A stretch of 64,000 bases of DNA from Candidatus Latescibacterota bacterium (GTDB taxonomy: Bacteria; Latescibacterota; UBA2968), in assembly GCA_965198115.1 (NCBI GenBank), contig OZ240241.1, forward strand, positions 2,336,001 to 2,400,000, given 5' to 3'. The notes under the pieces are model-generated. The model was not told the origin of the DNA. It ran no database searches and saw only the letters and a list, made by a program, of their open reading frames with translations. The translations under genes were made by a program, and so were the position numbers. This document shows positions 42,474-53,332 of the stretch, in pieces; the stretch's first letter is position 1; each line of letters begins with the position of its first letter.

Positions 42474-44807
42474 TCATCCCCCAAACCGGATCACGAACAG
42501 GACTTCCCTCCCCGGCTGCGGATGGTAGGGCGGAATGAACCCCACAGGATTCCGGATGGTGGGCTGTAGGCTGTCCACAGGTCTGACACCGGAGCCCGAT
42601 TGGCGTCCGACGGTCGCATAATCCTTCCCCAACAGGTTTCTGACGATCAGCTGGGGCTCTACTTTCCTCTCTTTGAGGAGGTTCCGCCCCGTCAGCGTCA
42701 GATGAATTGTCGTGAACCCGTCCAGATATCCGTCAGGATTCGACTCGGTCACGTAATCGTAGCCGGCCACGGCAACGCTGGCTGGCGTTTTTGGTTGAAA
42801 GTAGCTGTTCGAGGCCGGTGCTTTCGTCCTCCCACGCCAGTTCAGACGCGCGTTCACATTCAGGCGATTTGCCAGCAGGATATTGACGCCCGCATTGATC
42901 TTGTGTGCGGAGATGTTGTCGAGCTCGCCGTCTTCGCCCCGGGTGTAGGAATAGTTCGCGTATCCGAACGTCTCTCTCCCAAGCTGAAAATCACCACTCA
43001 ACGTCAGTCCGTAGATGTCTGCCGTGCCTGTGTTTTGGTAAAAGTCGAGGAGCTGGCTCTGAGGTCCGATCGGAAACCGAGTCGGATCGGGGTTTGGCGC
43101 GACCACGATCAGGTCCTTGAGATGACTGTAAAAGGGATTGACTCTCAGGTAGGCCTTTCCTTCCACTCGATAGTTCAACTCGCCTTCCACCGTATAGATC
43201 TGTTCAGGATCGAGATCCTCGTTCCCCCTGAATTCGTCGAACTGTTCGAAGACGGTCGGCGATTTGAAAGCCTCACCGTAAATGAGCTTGAGTCCGAATC
43301 CTTCCGGGGGGCTGCGCACGAGTCCGACACGCGGGTTGAACACGTGGCCGTATTCGTCGTCCGCATCGAATCGAATGCCACCCGACAGGGTGAAGTGGGA
43401 TCCGAAATCAACCTCGTCCTGAACGTAGAGCGCTGCGTTTTGAGAAAAGAACACGGGCTGAACCGACGGTAGCTCCGACGGCCACGTGAAAGGGATGATC
43501 GTCGACTTGGAATCCTGTTCAGGTCCGAAGGAAATGCCGTTGTATTGCTTGATCTCCTGTTCGACCTGCAGCCCCAGGACAAGCTTGTGACGTTCGCCCG
43601 AGTCGACATTGATCTGCTGCTCGAAACCGGTGACGAAACCCTCGCCGTGGTAGCCCTTCTTCTTGTCCTGCACCGGTGGATCGACACCGTTCGAGACGCT
43701 CTGGTATTGATAGGTATACGTAAACCCCGTTTCGGGAAGGAGACGATCGCTGCGGAAATAAGCACGGGAGGTCGACACCAGCTCTGGCGTCAGGTCGAAC
43801 GAGAAACCCGCATATCCACCGTAGCCACGGTGATGCGCTCGAAACTCGATCCCCGGAGTATTCGAGAAATACTCATAGGCCACGACCTCGCTCCCCAAGC
43901 CCTCGTCGCGATCCCAAAGCGTGAAGCCCATCTCGAAGCCGTTCCGTTCGAGCCTTCCTCTCAGAAAGATGTTGTCGATGTCGTTCCCGAAGCCGTCAGG
44001 AAGGGGCTTCCTCGCGCCGCCGGACAGTCGATCGTTCGCAATGTTCCCGTACTCCGATGTGAACACTGAGTCCGGCTCAAAATTGCCCTGAAAGAATCCT
44101 GCTGGATCGAACCGGCCAACACCGCGATCCCCATCCGTCCTGTACCATCGTCCCGCCAACTGCAGGCTCAATCCGCTCGCGAACGTGTAGGCGATCATCG
44201 CTTCGGGCGCGACGGTCTTGTGGTTGGACATCAGGACGTGAGCGTCGGTGACCAACCCCGGGCCCCCCAACGAGGGCTTTCGTGTGATGACATTGACAAT
44301 GCCCGCGTAGGCATTGGCTCCGTAAAGCGACGAACCCGGACCCGCGATCACCTCGATCCGATCCACGTCGAGAAAGGCGAAGTCGAATCCTACGCTGCGG
44401 ACCCAGCCGTTGGACACGTCGTTTCGGATGATGCCGTCGACCATAATCAGCACTTTTGTCTGACCCACGTCGCCGATCCCGCGAAACAGGAAATGCGCCG
44501 GGAACTCTCCGGCAGGTTGTCCAATCGTGAAATCAAACCCCGGTACGTCCCGCAGGACCTCATCCAAAGTCCGGTAGCCACGACGCCGAATCATTTCCCT
44601 CGTCACCACCGTCACATTGGCGGGTGCTTCCAGTGCTGTCTGCCCCCTGCGCGCTGGTGTCACGACTTCCATCTCGACCAGCGTGGAAAGCTCCAGGTCC
44701 AATAGCTCATCGATGCTTTGGGCGCTCAGATTCAGCGGCATCGCGAAAACGAAGCTCACGAGAGAAAGTCCAAACCCTCTCGCCCAAAGGGCGTTTCTAT
44801 GACTCAT
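42474..44807 (-). CDS. TonB-dependent receptor
   Basis: Signal peptide; plug motifs APANVTVVT, VPGF, MVDG, RIEVIAGPGSSLYG; DLDPE; terminal PGRE..IRF. Confidence 0.92.
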   Translation of the reverse strand: MSHRNALWARGFGLSLVSFVFAMPLNLSAQSIDELLDLELSTLVEMEVVTPARRGQTALEAPANVTVVTREMIRRRGYRTLDEVLRDVPGFDFTIGQPAGEFPAHFLFRGIGDVGQTKVLIMVDGIIRNDVSNGWVRSVGFDFAFLDVDRIEVIAGPGSSLYGANAYAGIVNVITRKPSLGGPGLVTDAHVLMSNHKTVAPEAMIAYTFASGLSLQLAGRWYRTDGDRGVGRFDPAGFFQGNFEPDSVFTSEYGNIANDRLSGGARKPLPDGFGNDIDNIFLRGRLERNGFEMGFTLWDRDEGLGSEVVAYEYFSNTPGIEFRAHHRGYGGYAGFSFDLTPELVSTSRAYFRSDRLLPETGFTYTYQYQSVSNGVDPPVQDKKKGYHGEGFVTGFEQQINVDSGERHKLVLGLQVEQEIKQYNGISFGPEQDSKSTIIPFTWPSELPSVQPVFFSQNAALYVQDEVDFGSHFTLSGGIRFDADDEYGHVFNPRVGLVRSPPEGFGLKLIYGEAFKSPTVFEQFDEFRGNEDLDPEQIYTVEGELNYRVEGKAYLRVNPFYSHLKDLIVVAPNPDPTRFPIGPQSQLLDFYQNTGTADIYGLTLSGDFQLGRETFGYANYSYTRGEDGELDNISAHKINAGVNILLANRLNVNARLNWRGRTKAPASNSYFQPKTPASVAVAGYDYVTESNPDGYLDGFTTIHLTLTGRNLLKERKVEPQLIVRNLLGKDYATVGRQSGSGVRPVDSLQPTIRNPVGFIPPYHPQPGREVLFVIRFGG

Positions 44808-45087
44808 TCAGAATGACCTCAAAGCACCTTTACGATTACGACGAGCAGCCCTCGATCGAGTCGATTCCTGGATTAGCCCAGACGAAGCCTCAATATAACT
44901 TGGCACGTGGGCTGTTACCCGAGGTTTGACCGTTTTGTAAGGGATTCCGGAACGGCCGCCCTGCGTTTGGGGACACACGGGCAAACCCGACACATCGTAA
45001 ACTTGGCCACTCTGTGGCTCTGTTTATATTCTCTGCCCGAGCGCAGTCACGAACCACGATCGTTCCAACACCCGATGGAGAAAAGCG

Positions 45088-46158
45088 ATGCCGGATAAAG
45101 TAAAGTTAGGCTTCATAGGCGCCGGCTGGTGGGCGACGAGCAACCATATGCCTGTCCTATCGGCTCGAGACGACGTGGAGCTTGTCGGTGTGTGCCGTCT
45201 GGGCGCCGTCGAACTCGAGGAGGTCAAGGATCGATTCGGATTCGGCTACGCCACCGAGGACTATCGCGACCTGTTGGGTCATTGTGAGTTGGACGGTGTC
45301 GTCGTGGCCTCACCGCATACGTTGCACCACGAACACGCCCTCGCGGCCCTTGACGCCGGTCTGCACGTGATGTGCGAGAAACCAATGACCACGCGGGCAA
45401 GCCACGCCCGGGAACTCGTCGACCGAGCGCAGCGGGCAGATCGCCACCTGCTGGTCCCGTATGGCTGGCATTACAAGACCTTCGTCCAGCGCGCGAAGAC
45501 CCTGTTGGATGACGGGGCCGTCGGCACGATCGAGTATGCACTCTGTCATATGGCCTCCCCCATCCGCACGCTCCTCTCGGGCCAGGAGTTCGACGTCACC
45601 CAGGACAGCGGCGGATCAGAACCCGGCGTCTTTGGGCCGGACGTCACCACGTGGGCTGACCCGGTAAAGGCCGAAGGGGGCTACGGTCACGCACAGATCT
45701 CGCACTCGTCCGGGATGCTGTTCTGGCTCACGGGTCTGCGCGCTGAATCGGTCTTCGCCGTCATGACGGGACCGGGAGCAGAAGTCGAGCTCTACGACGC
45801 AATGACCGTACGCTTCGAAGGCGGTGGCATCGGCACCTTCTCCGGCGCTGGTAGCGTGCCTATCGGTCACGGCTTTCAGGTTGATCTACGCATCTTCGGC
45901 GACGAGGGGATGCTTCTGCTCGATTGTGAGCGTGCGCGGATGGAGCTCGTCCGACACGACGGTAAATCGGAATCGCTCGATCTGGAAGCAGACGAAGGGG
46001 CCTACGATTGTTCGGGTCCGCCGGCCAATTTCGTGGAACTCATCACGGGCGCATCGGTCGTGAATTTCGCTCCGGGCGAGGCGGCAATGCGTGGGGTCGA
46101 GGTGCTCGATGCGGCATATCGGTCGGCGAGGTCCGGGAAAGAGGAAGTGGTAGGATAG
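45088..46158 (+). CDS. Gfo/Idh/MocA oxidoreductase
   Basis: IGAGWWA, HVMCEKP, AAYRSA. Confidence 0.9.
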   Translation: MPDKVKLGFIGAGWWATSNHMPVLSARDDVELVGVCRLGAVELEEVKDRFGFGYATEDYRDLLGHCELDGVVVASPHTLHHEHALAALDAGLHVMCEKPMTTRASHARELVDRAQRADRHLLVPYGWHYKTFVQRAKTLLDDGAVGTIEYALCHMASPIRTLLSGQEFDVTQDSGGSEPGVFGPDVTTWADPVKAEGGYGHAQISHSSGMLFWLTGLRAESVFAVMTGPGAEVELYDAMTVRFEGGGIGTFSGAGSVPIGHGFQVDLRIFGDEGMLLLDCERARMELVRHDGKSESLDLEADEGAYDCSGPPANFVELITGASVVNFAPGEAAMRGVEVLDAAYRSARSGKEEVVG

Positions 46159-46217
46159 AGGGTGCGATGATCGACTAAACCGCTGGTCAAACTGAATACG
46201 GCTCGTGTCTGTCCTAT

Positions 46218-46886
46218 TCAGTTTTCATCCGCCTCCCTCAGCACCTCCTCCCGACTCTTGGCGTTCGACGTAACGAGGTCATCGGGAAGATGTTCCGTAT
46301 CCAGAAGTCGCAAAACCTCGAACGAGCTACCGAACACGAACGAGCTCAGAACGCAGTTCCAGCCACGCCTTCCGTGGTTCAGATGGTCCGGAGCGAATCG
46401 CTTCAGAACGTAACGGTGCACGCCGCTAACCGACGCGCCGTGACCCACCAGTAGCGCGTCGCCCTCGTCTGCGCTCACGATATCGACCAGGGGCGCGACC
46501 CTTGCTTCGATATTCTCCGGCGTCTCGATCTCTGACGTCCACCACGGTTCTGGCAACGCCTTCCTGTCATCGACCCGAGCATAGCGTGCCGCCAGCTCAT
46601 CGAGCGTCAAACCAAGAAACGCCTCCATCTGTCCTTCACGAATCACGTACTCCCGCATCTCGGCAGCGGCGACCACGGGAACGTCCACCACGTTCGCCAC
46701 GATCTGGGACGTCTCGACGGTTCGCAGATAGGGGGAACTGTAGATCGTCCCATTGAACCCCGTCGCTTTCAGCTTTTCCCCCAGCAATCGTGCTTGCTCG
46801 CGGCCAACACCGCTCAGGTACGGGTCTCCAACTGGATGATCCGTCTTCTGATCCACCTGACCGTGTCGTGTCACGTGAAGAATCAT
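46218..46886 (-). CDS. Histidine phosphatase (phosphoglycerate mutase-like)
   Basis: RHG, SSPYLRT, LVGHG. Confidence 0.88.
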   Translation of the reverse strand: MILHVTRHGQVDQKTDHPVGDPYLSGVGREQARLLGEKLKATGFNGTIYSSPYLRTVETSQIVANVVDVPVVAAAEMREYVIREGQMEAFLGLTLDELAARYARVDDRKALPEPWWTSEIETPENIEARVAPLVDIVSADEGDALLVGHGASVSGVHRYVLKRFAPDHLNHGRRGWNCVLSSFVFGSSFEVLRLLDTEHLPDDLVTSNAKSREEVLREADEN

Positions 46887-46981
46887 TCGGTTTCCTTTTG
46901 GATGGCCATAGAAAACGGCTTGCCAGGATCCTCATAGCAAGCCGCTTCGACAGCCGTCCGGCGATCACACTTCTGGTAGAG

Positions 46982-47788
46982 TCACGCCACCGGGACAGCA
47001 GGATTATACTCGATGCGTCGAAGGAACCGCTCGCCCACGTCGTAGTCCGGCTGATCCGACACGAAGCGCCACTGCTTGATGCGCTGCATCAACTCGTAGC
47101 GGGACTCGTTGCCTTCCCATCCGTGGCGTGTCGACAGGATTTTCCCGATTTCCGGGTCGTCCAGGTCTGAGGTGTCGAAGTGGCGCACCTGAGGCTTCGT
47201 CGGATTCAACCGCATTTTATACATATACCGATCCTGATCAGTGTGGTTGCTCCGAGCGCCGTGCCAGACGCGCGTGTTCCACACATACATCGTCCCCGCT
47301 GGGCACACCGCCCAGATCTTCCCCTTGATGTGCTGGTATCCCCGGATCTCCCCCGTTCGTACGTTTCGAAAGTGGGTGCCTGGAACCAGGAACGTTCCAC
47401 CCATCTCGTTCGGTGTATCCACGGGAAAAAATGACAGCTGGATATCATAGTAGTTCTCGCGGAAGTCGATGACCGAATCCTGATGCATATCCGGTCCCTT
47501 CATCTGCCCTGCCCTCATCAGATGGGCGGCGTGGTGATCGTAAAGTGGATCCGGTCCCACAAGCGAATGGATCAGACCCTTCACCTCCGGCAGCCTGAAC
47601 ACATCCCCTAGAGCTGTCCCTTTCGGCCACGTCTCTTCGAACGGCGTACCCACCGCCAGATATCCTCTGTTGTTCGTCATCTCCTCGCGACACGCCTCGC
47701 ACAGATCCTTCGGCACCATATCCTCGAACCTCAGATAGCCCGAGGCCACGAAATGCGCCATCTCCTTCGACGTGATCAGGTGATCCAT
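46982..47788 (-). CDS. PhyH family dioxygenase
   Basis: ASGYL, MHQD, GGTFLVPGTH, WHGARSN. Confidence 0.85.
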   Translation of the reverse strand: MDHLITSKEMAHFVASGYLRFEDMVPKDLCEACREEMTNNRGYLAVGTPFEETWPKGTALGDVFRLPEVKGLIHSLVGPDPLYDHHAAHLMRAGQMKGPDMHQDSVIDFRENYYDIQLSFFPVDTPNEMGGTFLVPGTHFRNVRTGEIRGYQHIKGKIWAVCPAGTMYVWNTRVWHGARSNHTDQDRYMYKMRLNPTKPQVRHFDTSDLDDPEIGKILSTRHGWEGNESRYELMQRIKQWRFVSDQPDYDVGERFLRRIEYNPAVPVA

Positions 47789-48081
47789 CAACCATCCTCC
47801 TCTTCCTGTCGTTCGTTGAACCTCTGCAGCACCGTCTGGTAGGGCAGTGGCCCGAGTTCATACCCGTCCTTTTCTGAGCGATGCTTCAACTCACCCATCT
47901 GAATGACCTGCCACCCATCGCGCATCGCGGCCAACGCGTTTTCATACGGGGGCTCGTCCTCCTCGACCAGATCCTGAATCCCCGTTCCCTTCGAGGCCTC
48001 GTATCTCGCCCAGGCAACGGGTTCCACGTCGAGGGCAGGCGACGTTTGAAAGAGTACCAGAATATCCTGAACCGCGGGCAT
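47788..48081 (-). CDS. Small hypothetical protein coupled to the PhyH gene
   Basis: 97 aa, PYENALAAMRDGWQVIQ; stop overlaps next start. Confidence 0.7.
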   Translation of the reverse strand: MPAVQDILVLFQTSPALDVEPVAWARYEASKGTGIQDLVEEDEPPYENALAAMRDGWQVIQMGELKHRSEKDGYELGPLPYQTVLQRFNERQEEEDG

Positions 48082-48187
48082 ACAAATCCTTCAATAAGAT
48101 GTGAAGGCCGCGTGGAATGAACAGCGCGGTTTTTGAACAAGATTAGGCAGATAATCTAACAAAGAGAACAGGCACTACTTTCTTAAA

Positions 48188-49107
48188 TCACGCACCATAC
48201 ACCATCCGAGCATTCCCGCCAAGGATCAGCTCACGATCGTGGACCTCGAGGTAGCTGATATGCTTCTGCATCAATCGCAGAAAAGCAGGGTAGCTCTGGT
48301 GCTTTAACGTGCCCGGCTGATCGGTGCCCCAAAGGATCTTTCTCGGACCAACCGTATCGATCGCCTGCCTAAGGTACCGCTCGGCCGATGGATACGGGAA
48401 ATCCTCCTCCCAATCCGGCAGCGAGGAAACGTCGAACCAGACGTTCGGAAGTGTGCCGAGCGCAATCTGGTCCTCCCACATTTTCCATCTCTCGGGATCG
48501 CCCTCCTCCGCCCATTTTCTGGGTTGACCGAGATGTGCGATCACGATCTTGAGTTCAGCATACTTGTGAGCGATCCGTCGAACGGCATCCGTCTGATACG
48601 AAGGTTGCTCGGCCGAGCCGAGATCCAGTACTAATGGAACACGGGCACGGAGGACCGATTTCCATAGCCAGGCGATCGCGTCGTCATTAAGGCACGCGCC
48701 CGGGTGGATACCCGACAACCCCGTCTTTTGCGAAAACTCGATCTTGACCGCGCAAAACCGTCCCGTTTCGAGCAACCGCTCGAATTCAGGACGATAGTCT
48801 GGCCGCCAAGGGTCCGCGTGCAACGCTCCGAGGAGCCGGTTCGGGTACCTGTCCAGCGCCTCGAGAACGTAGGCGTTGCACTCGCCGTAAAACGTCCCCT
48901 GCAACAGCACAGCCTTGTCCACACCCGCCCAATCGAGATGCGAGATCAACATCTCGGGCGTGTACTCGGTGCGCTCGTTGTAGGCTGGGAACAATCGCAC
49001 CGTCTCCTCGCCGACCTTGATGTTCCCATACCCGGCGCTACCGGTTCTCCCATCCCCAATGACACCGTTCACAACGGGGAAAATGTGGCATGGGCATCAA
49101 CGATCAC
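48188..49107 (-). pseudogene. Amidohydrolase_2 family with a frameshift at codon ~8
   Basis: GTG-IVDAHA then a missing C (GCCACATT vs expected GCCCACATT); IAHLG, ILWGTDQP, GGNA. Confidence 0.8.
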
Positions 49108-49272
49108 TTAACCATCCGTCAGTTCTACCCTTCGTCGATTATGCGCCGGGAGCTGGCGCTTCTCACTTCTTGTTTGAAGTCTCCTCCGCGGCTACCGATT
49201 CACGAACGATCCACCCATCGTTCGTGTCTTTCCAGGTTCTCTTCGCGTCTTCGTGTCTTCGTGGTTCAAGCT

Positions 49273-50184
49273 TTATCGTGCATAGCCATCCGAATGATCC
49301 CCACGCCAGTCCGGCAGATAGCCTTCCTTCGCGTCGAATCCATACGATGGACCGATCTGGTTCTCCGTCCGCCACGGCCAACCCTGTCCGCCGATCACAC
49401 GAAAGTCGTCTCCCTTCCCACAAAGCCAGTAGTACATATGGGCGGCATAACGAGCCAGATTGTGACCACCGAAGTACGCCGTGCGGGGGTCGAAATCGGG
49501 TTCGACGATCCAGTCGCGTGTGGGGACGACGGTGCGCCAGTAGCTGTACTTCAGCATATGACGCAATCCCGTCGCAGTGGACGTTCCACGACGGTGCATG
49601 ATGCTTTGATGGTGGATGCCCAGGGTACCCGCCGGACCTTCGGACAGAACAGCGTTCGTGGGTTCCTTGTCCCGGCTCTCGCGGATGTGCGTGCTCGGCA
49701 CAAGCTCCGTTGGTCCCAGCTCGGCCGGCGTGTCTTGCGGGAAGTAGAAGACCTCGACGCAATTGAGCTCGGGACCAAAAACATGATCCGCATCGTGATG
49801 CCAGCCCTGCGCTTCCTGGGGGCACTCGACGCGGTGATGACTCACGAGCACGGGCAACCCCACGCTCTTGCCCAGTAGCGACCGTATGGCGCCCGTCACT
49901 TCAGCATTCAGAAGCACGTGCTCGATGAACCAATCCTCCAGAAAAATCGTACTCGGCTCGTGCGAAGCCCGGATGCGTTCGAGATCCGCCTCCGTCATTC
50001 CCTCTGGAATCCACGAAGGGTTCGCGGGAACCTTTCCTTCCAGGTAATCGCGCGTGCGCCGGTTGATCTCGTCGGGCACGACACCTGGCAGGAGCAGATG
50101 TCCTTCCCGGCAGAAATCGAGAACCTGCGAATCGGTGAGCGTTGGCTCGCAATCAAAAGTCCGCTTTTTCTTGTCGTATTCCAT
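49273..50184 (-). CDS. PhyH family dioxygenase
   Basis: REGHL, WHHD, GPTELVPSTH, MHRR. Confidence 0.85.
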   Translation of the reverse strand: MEYDKKKRTFDCEPTLTDSQVLDFCREGHLLLPGVVPDEINRRTRDYLEGKVPANPSWIPEGMTEADLERIRASHEPSTIFLEDWFIEHVLLNAEVTGAIRSLLGKSVGLPVLVSHHRVECPQEAQGWHHDADHVFGPELNCVEVFYFPQDTPAELGPTELVPSTHIRESRDKEPTNAVLSEGPAGTLGIHHQSIMHRRGTSTATGLRHMLKYSYWRTVVPTRDWIVEPDFDPRTAYFGGHNLARYAAHMYYWLCGKGDDFRVIGGQGWPWRTENQIGPSYGFDAKEGYLPDWRGDHSDGYAR

Positions 50185-50303
50185 GCAATCTCTTTCACCG
50201 AGAGGATAGTTTGCCTTGTCTTACCTGACGTCTGACGCATGCCCACCGTAGCCGCATTCTGCGGCGAAGGTGGGACTGACAACTCAGCGGCCAACCGGCC
50301 GCG

Positions 50304-51296
50304 CTACCATCGAATGATCGTTCCGACGATCGACTTATCCCCTTCGTCCAACCGCCTGTAGACCTCGGGCAGCTCGTGCCAGTCGAAGGTATGCGTCAAC
50401 ATCGGAGCAATCTTCAGCTGGCGGCGGGCGAGCAGGTCGATCGTCAGCCCGAACGAACGGTTCCGAGACCATCGATCGTGTTCGGGCGGGAAGGCATACG
50501 TCGTGACGATACGCAGACGCTTGCCCAAGAATGGATGTCCTACCGGATTGAAATGCGGATGTTCGGTGTGGCGGGCGACAATCACCAACGTGCCATCGGT
50601 GCGAGTCACTTCCATCGCCGTGCGGATTCCCGCCCAATTGGAGGCCGCCTCGCAGGTCACGTCCGCCCCGTCGTCGTCGAACAGCTCGACGACCCGAGCG
50701 ACGGCATCCTCCTCCTCAGGGCTGACCGCCAACCGGGCGCCCATCTCACGCGCGATCCCCAGACGCGTCGGATCCGGTTCCACTACGGCGATCCGCATTC
50801 CGAACGCCGCGCCGTAGGCCGTTGCCGACAGCCCGATCATTCCCTGCCCCACGACCGCGAGGTTGCCCCCCACCGGGGGATCGCCCTGACGAATGCCCTG
50901 GTGCGACACCTCGATGATATTCAGCATGACCGCCTCTTCATCGGGTATCGCATCGGGCAGTCGTAGCACGGCACCTGCAGCCACAGCGGCGTATTCCTTG
51001 TGCGGTTCGGGGACGAACACCCGCTCACCGACCGCTAAATTCTCGACCTCCGACCCGACCTCGACGACCTCCCCAACCATCGAATAGCCGTTCTCGGTGG
51101 GCAACTCGAACGGCACCGTCTCGTGCATGAAGCGTCCCCCATCGTCCACGGCGATCCCTCGATAGACCCGTATCTCCGTACCGGCACTGATCGCCGTGAT
51201 TCTGGCCTTCACCACGACACCGTCGGGAGGACACGCCGGCATCTCCACGTCTTCGAATTCAGCCTGGCGGGGCCCCGTAATCACGAGTCGCTTCAT
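50304..51296 (-). CDS. MDR (zinc-binding alcohol dehydrogenase-like) oxidoreductase
   Basis: ISAGTE, GYSMVGEVVEVG, GQGMIG. Confidence 0.88.
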   Translation of the reverse strand: MKRLVITGPRQAEFEDVEMPACPPDGVVVKARITAISAGTEIRVYRGIAVDDGGRFMHETVPFELPTENGYSMVGEVVEVGSEVENLAVGERVFVPEPHKEYAAVAAGAVLRLPDAIPDEEAVMLNIIEVSHQGIRQGDPPVGGNLAVVGQGMIGLSATAYGAAFGMRIAVVEPDPTRLGIAREMGARLAVSPEEEDAVARVVELFDDDGADVTCEAASNWAGIRTAMEVTRTDGTLVIVARHTEHPHFNPVGHPFLGKRLRIVTTYAFPPEHDRWSRNRSFGLTIDLLARRQLKIAPMLTHTFDWHELPEVYRRLDEGDKSIVGTIIRW

Positions 51297-51470
51297 CAAT
51301 TCTCCTGTTCAATCCGAGTCAGTGCACAGTGTAGGTGAGCCAGGGTTTCCATCGAGTCGATCCACAGAAAATGGCTCACGCATTGGATGCGCAAGCCATT
51401 TCGTCCTCGGTAGATGGGAGGTGTGCTCCGGCTGTCCCCCGAGGTCTACACCCTTAGCGCGACAGGATGG

Positions 51471-52955
51471 CTACTCGGCTGCGATGCTGTATCCCCGAGC
51501 AAACTCGAGGAAATCCGCGAAGTCCACAGTCCCATCTGCATTCGTGTCGGCTGCAGACGAAAACCCGGCCTGTCCGCGCAACGTATTGAAACTCCCTGCG
51601 AAGGCAAGGAAGTCCCCGAAATCGACCGTCCCATCGCCTAAAACGTCAGCGAGCAATTCGGGCAGTTTAGCGTGGAAGGAATGAACGTGGCGTGTGCCGT
51701 CGGGGGACTGTGTCTGATAGAGCCCTTCGAGAAAGGGTGCACCGAAGACGGACGCTCGTGAGGCAGCGAGGAACACACGAGATGACGTGTAATCACCGGT
51801 CTCCGGGCGAACCCCGAGCGACGCTGGCGAGCCGAGGCGTCTTCCATCCTCGGCGACCCGTTCCACGACCAGATCGTCATCCAGCACGCGCACGATGAAT
51901 AGGACGCCATTCGGCGCCTCCCAGAGACGACCTTCGTTGGCCCAACCATCCGAAGAGAATCCGACGTGCGTCAACGGACCTCCGGGAGGTCCAAAAGCAT
52001 GCATGAGCGCCGAGATGGCTGACTCGTTCTCCCGTTCCTGAAACCTGTAGAGAATATGGACATCACCATCTTGGTCGATCAGCATGTCGTCGTTGTGGGC
52101 CCACCCTGTCGTGGCCTGCACGTCGACGATGTTCAGGGTCTCATACGGCTCGTTCAGCAGATCTGGAGAATAGTAATACTCGAGGGTTCTGAACACGAAG
52201 GTGAAGCTTTCTCCCGCGGCGACCTTTTCCGCGTCGATAATGTCCTGGGTACTGAACACGTGCGCTTCCCGATCGCGCAGGGCGACGAAGGGATAGGTGT
52301 GCCGATCGACGTTCGAGGGTGAGTCCGGACGGTCGGCAAACTCGACGATCGTCCCCTGTTGCCACGTCTCGGAGCCCTGTTGTAGATAGCCGTATCGATG
52401 GTTTGGCCACGCCGATGGCACAACCAGAAGGTCACCTGAAGTGTTTGTTGCAGCGCCGGCGTAAGGCCAGAGATCGTCGTAGCCGACGTCGGCTATTTCC
52501 TCAAAGGGATCGCTCGACTCCGAGTCCGGATCGAAGCGCAGGTGATTGCACACGCCATCGAGCCAGGCGAATACGTGGACCCGATCCTGTTCGTCCACCA
52601 GCAGGCTCGGAGGTTGATTGAGCATCTTGGATTCCGAACTCAGGTAAATGCGTTTCCAATTATCTCCGTTCAGCTCATAAAGAGCCCATTGCTGCTGATG
52701 GTCTTCGTCCCACGGCTGCAGCAGGCCGGCATAAACACGAGATCCGGCTCGGACGATGATTGGTTGATGGTATCCCCAGAAGACCGGTGTATTCCCGGAG
52801 AACTGGGCAACTATCGTAATCGACCTCGTTTCAACCTCCCAGTCTGATGCATCCACATCGATAGGAGTCAGCGCGATCCAACAGATCGGTAGCAACAGCA
52901 CACCAAGCATTGTGAAGCGGGGTTTAGACGAAATCCTCCGAAAAGTAGAAGACAT
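51471..52955 (-). CDS. Secreted BNR/propeller-like protein with C-terminal paired EF-hand/dockerin-like module (start uncertain)
   Basis: Signal peptide; DVLGDGTVDFGDFLAF and DTNADGTVDFADFLEF. Confidence 0.75.
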   Translation of the reverse strand: MSSTFRRISSKPRFTMLGVLLLPICWIALTPIDVDASDWEVETRSITIVAQFSGNTPVFWGYHQPIIVRAGSRVYAGLLQPWDEDHQQQWALYELNGDNWKRIYLSSESKMLNQPPSLLVDEQDRVHVFAWLDGVCNHLRFDPDSESSDPFEEIADVGYDDLWPYAGAATNTSGDLLVVPSAWPNHRYGYLQQGSETWQQGTIVEFADRPDSPSNVDRHTYPFVALRDREAHVFSTQDIIDAEKVAAGESFTFVFRTLEYYYSPDLLNEPYETLNIVDVQATTGWAHNDDMLIDQDGDVHILYRFQERENESAISALMHAFGPPGGPLTHVGFSSDGWANEGRLWEAPNGVLFIVRVLDDDLVVERVAEDGRRLGSPASLGVRPETGDYTSSRVFLAASRASVFGAPFLEGLYQTQSPDGTRHVHSFHAKLPELLADVLGDGTVDFGDFLAFAGSFNTLRGQAGFSSAADTNADGTVDFADFLEFARGYSIAAE

Positions 52956-53332
52956 CGTCTTTGATGGAAGCTTTCTCGTCAGCATTTTTTCGCTAGCATT
53001 CTGCAAGTCACAAGATTCCTCGGTTCGCCTCTTGAGGGTGATGAGGCTAATGTAATCTCCTTGAGACAATATCTGTATGCAGAGGGCACCGAACAACGAG
53101 CGCTCAAGATCGCAAAAATGAGTCAAGAGTTCCTATCTTGGACAGCAGAATCAACCTGCGCGGGCATTAGCCTTGACGGGTTCCGGAATCCCGCCCAAGT
53201 TCACGAGGTTGCCCGGTTGCAGGCTTGGAAGATGCACGGAGTCCAGGTCGGAATGAGTCTAATTTCACAACCACAGCTTCTCGAAAAAAGATCCAGTCTT
53301 GCCTTCGCCTGCGGAGGAAACGGAGGAGAAAT

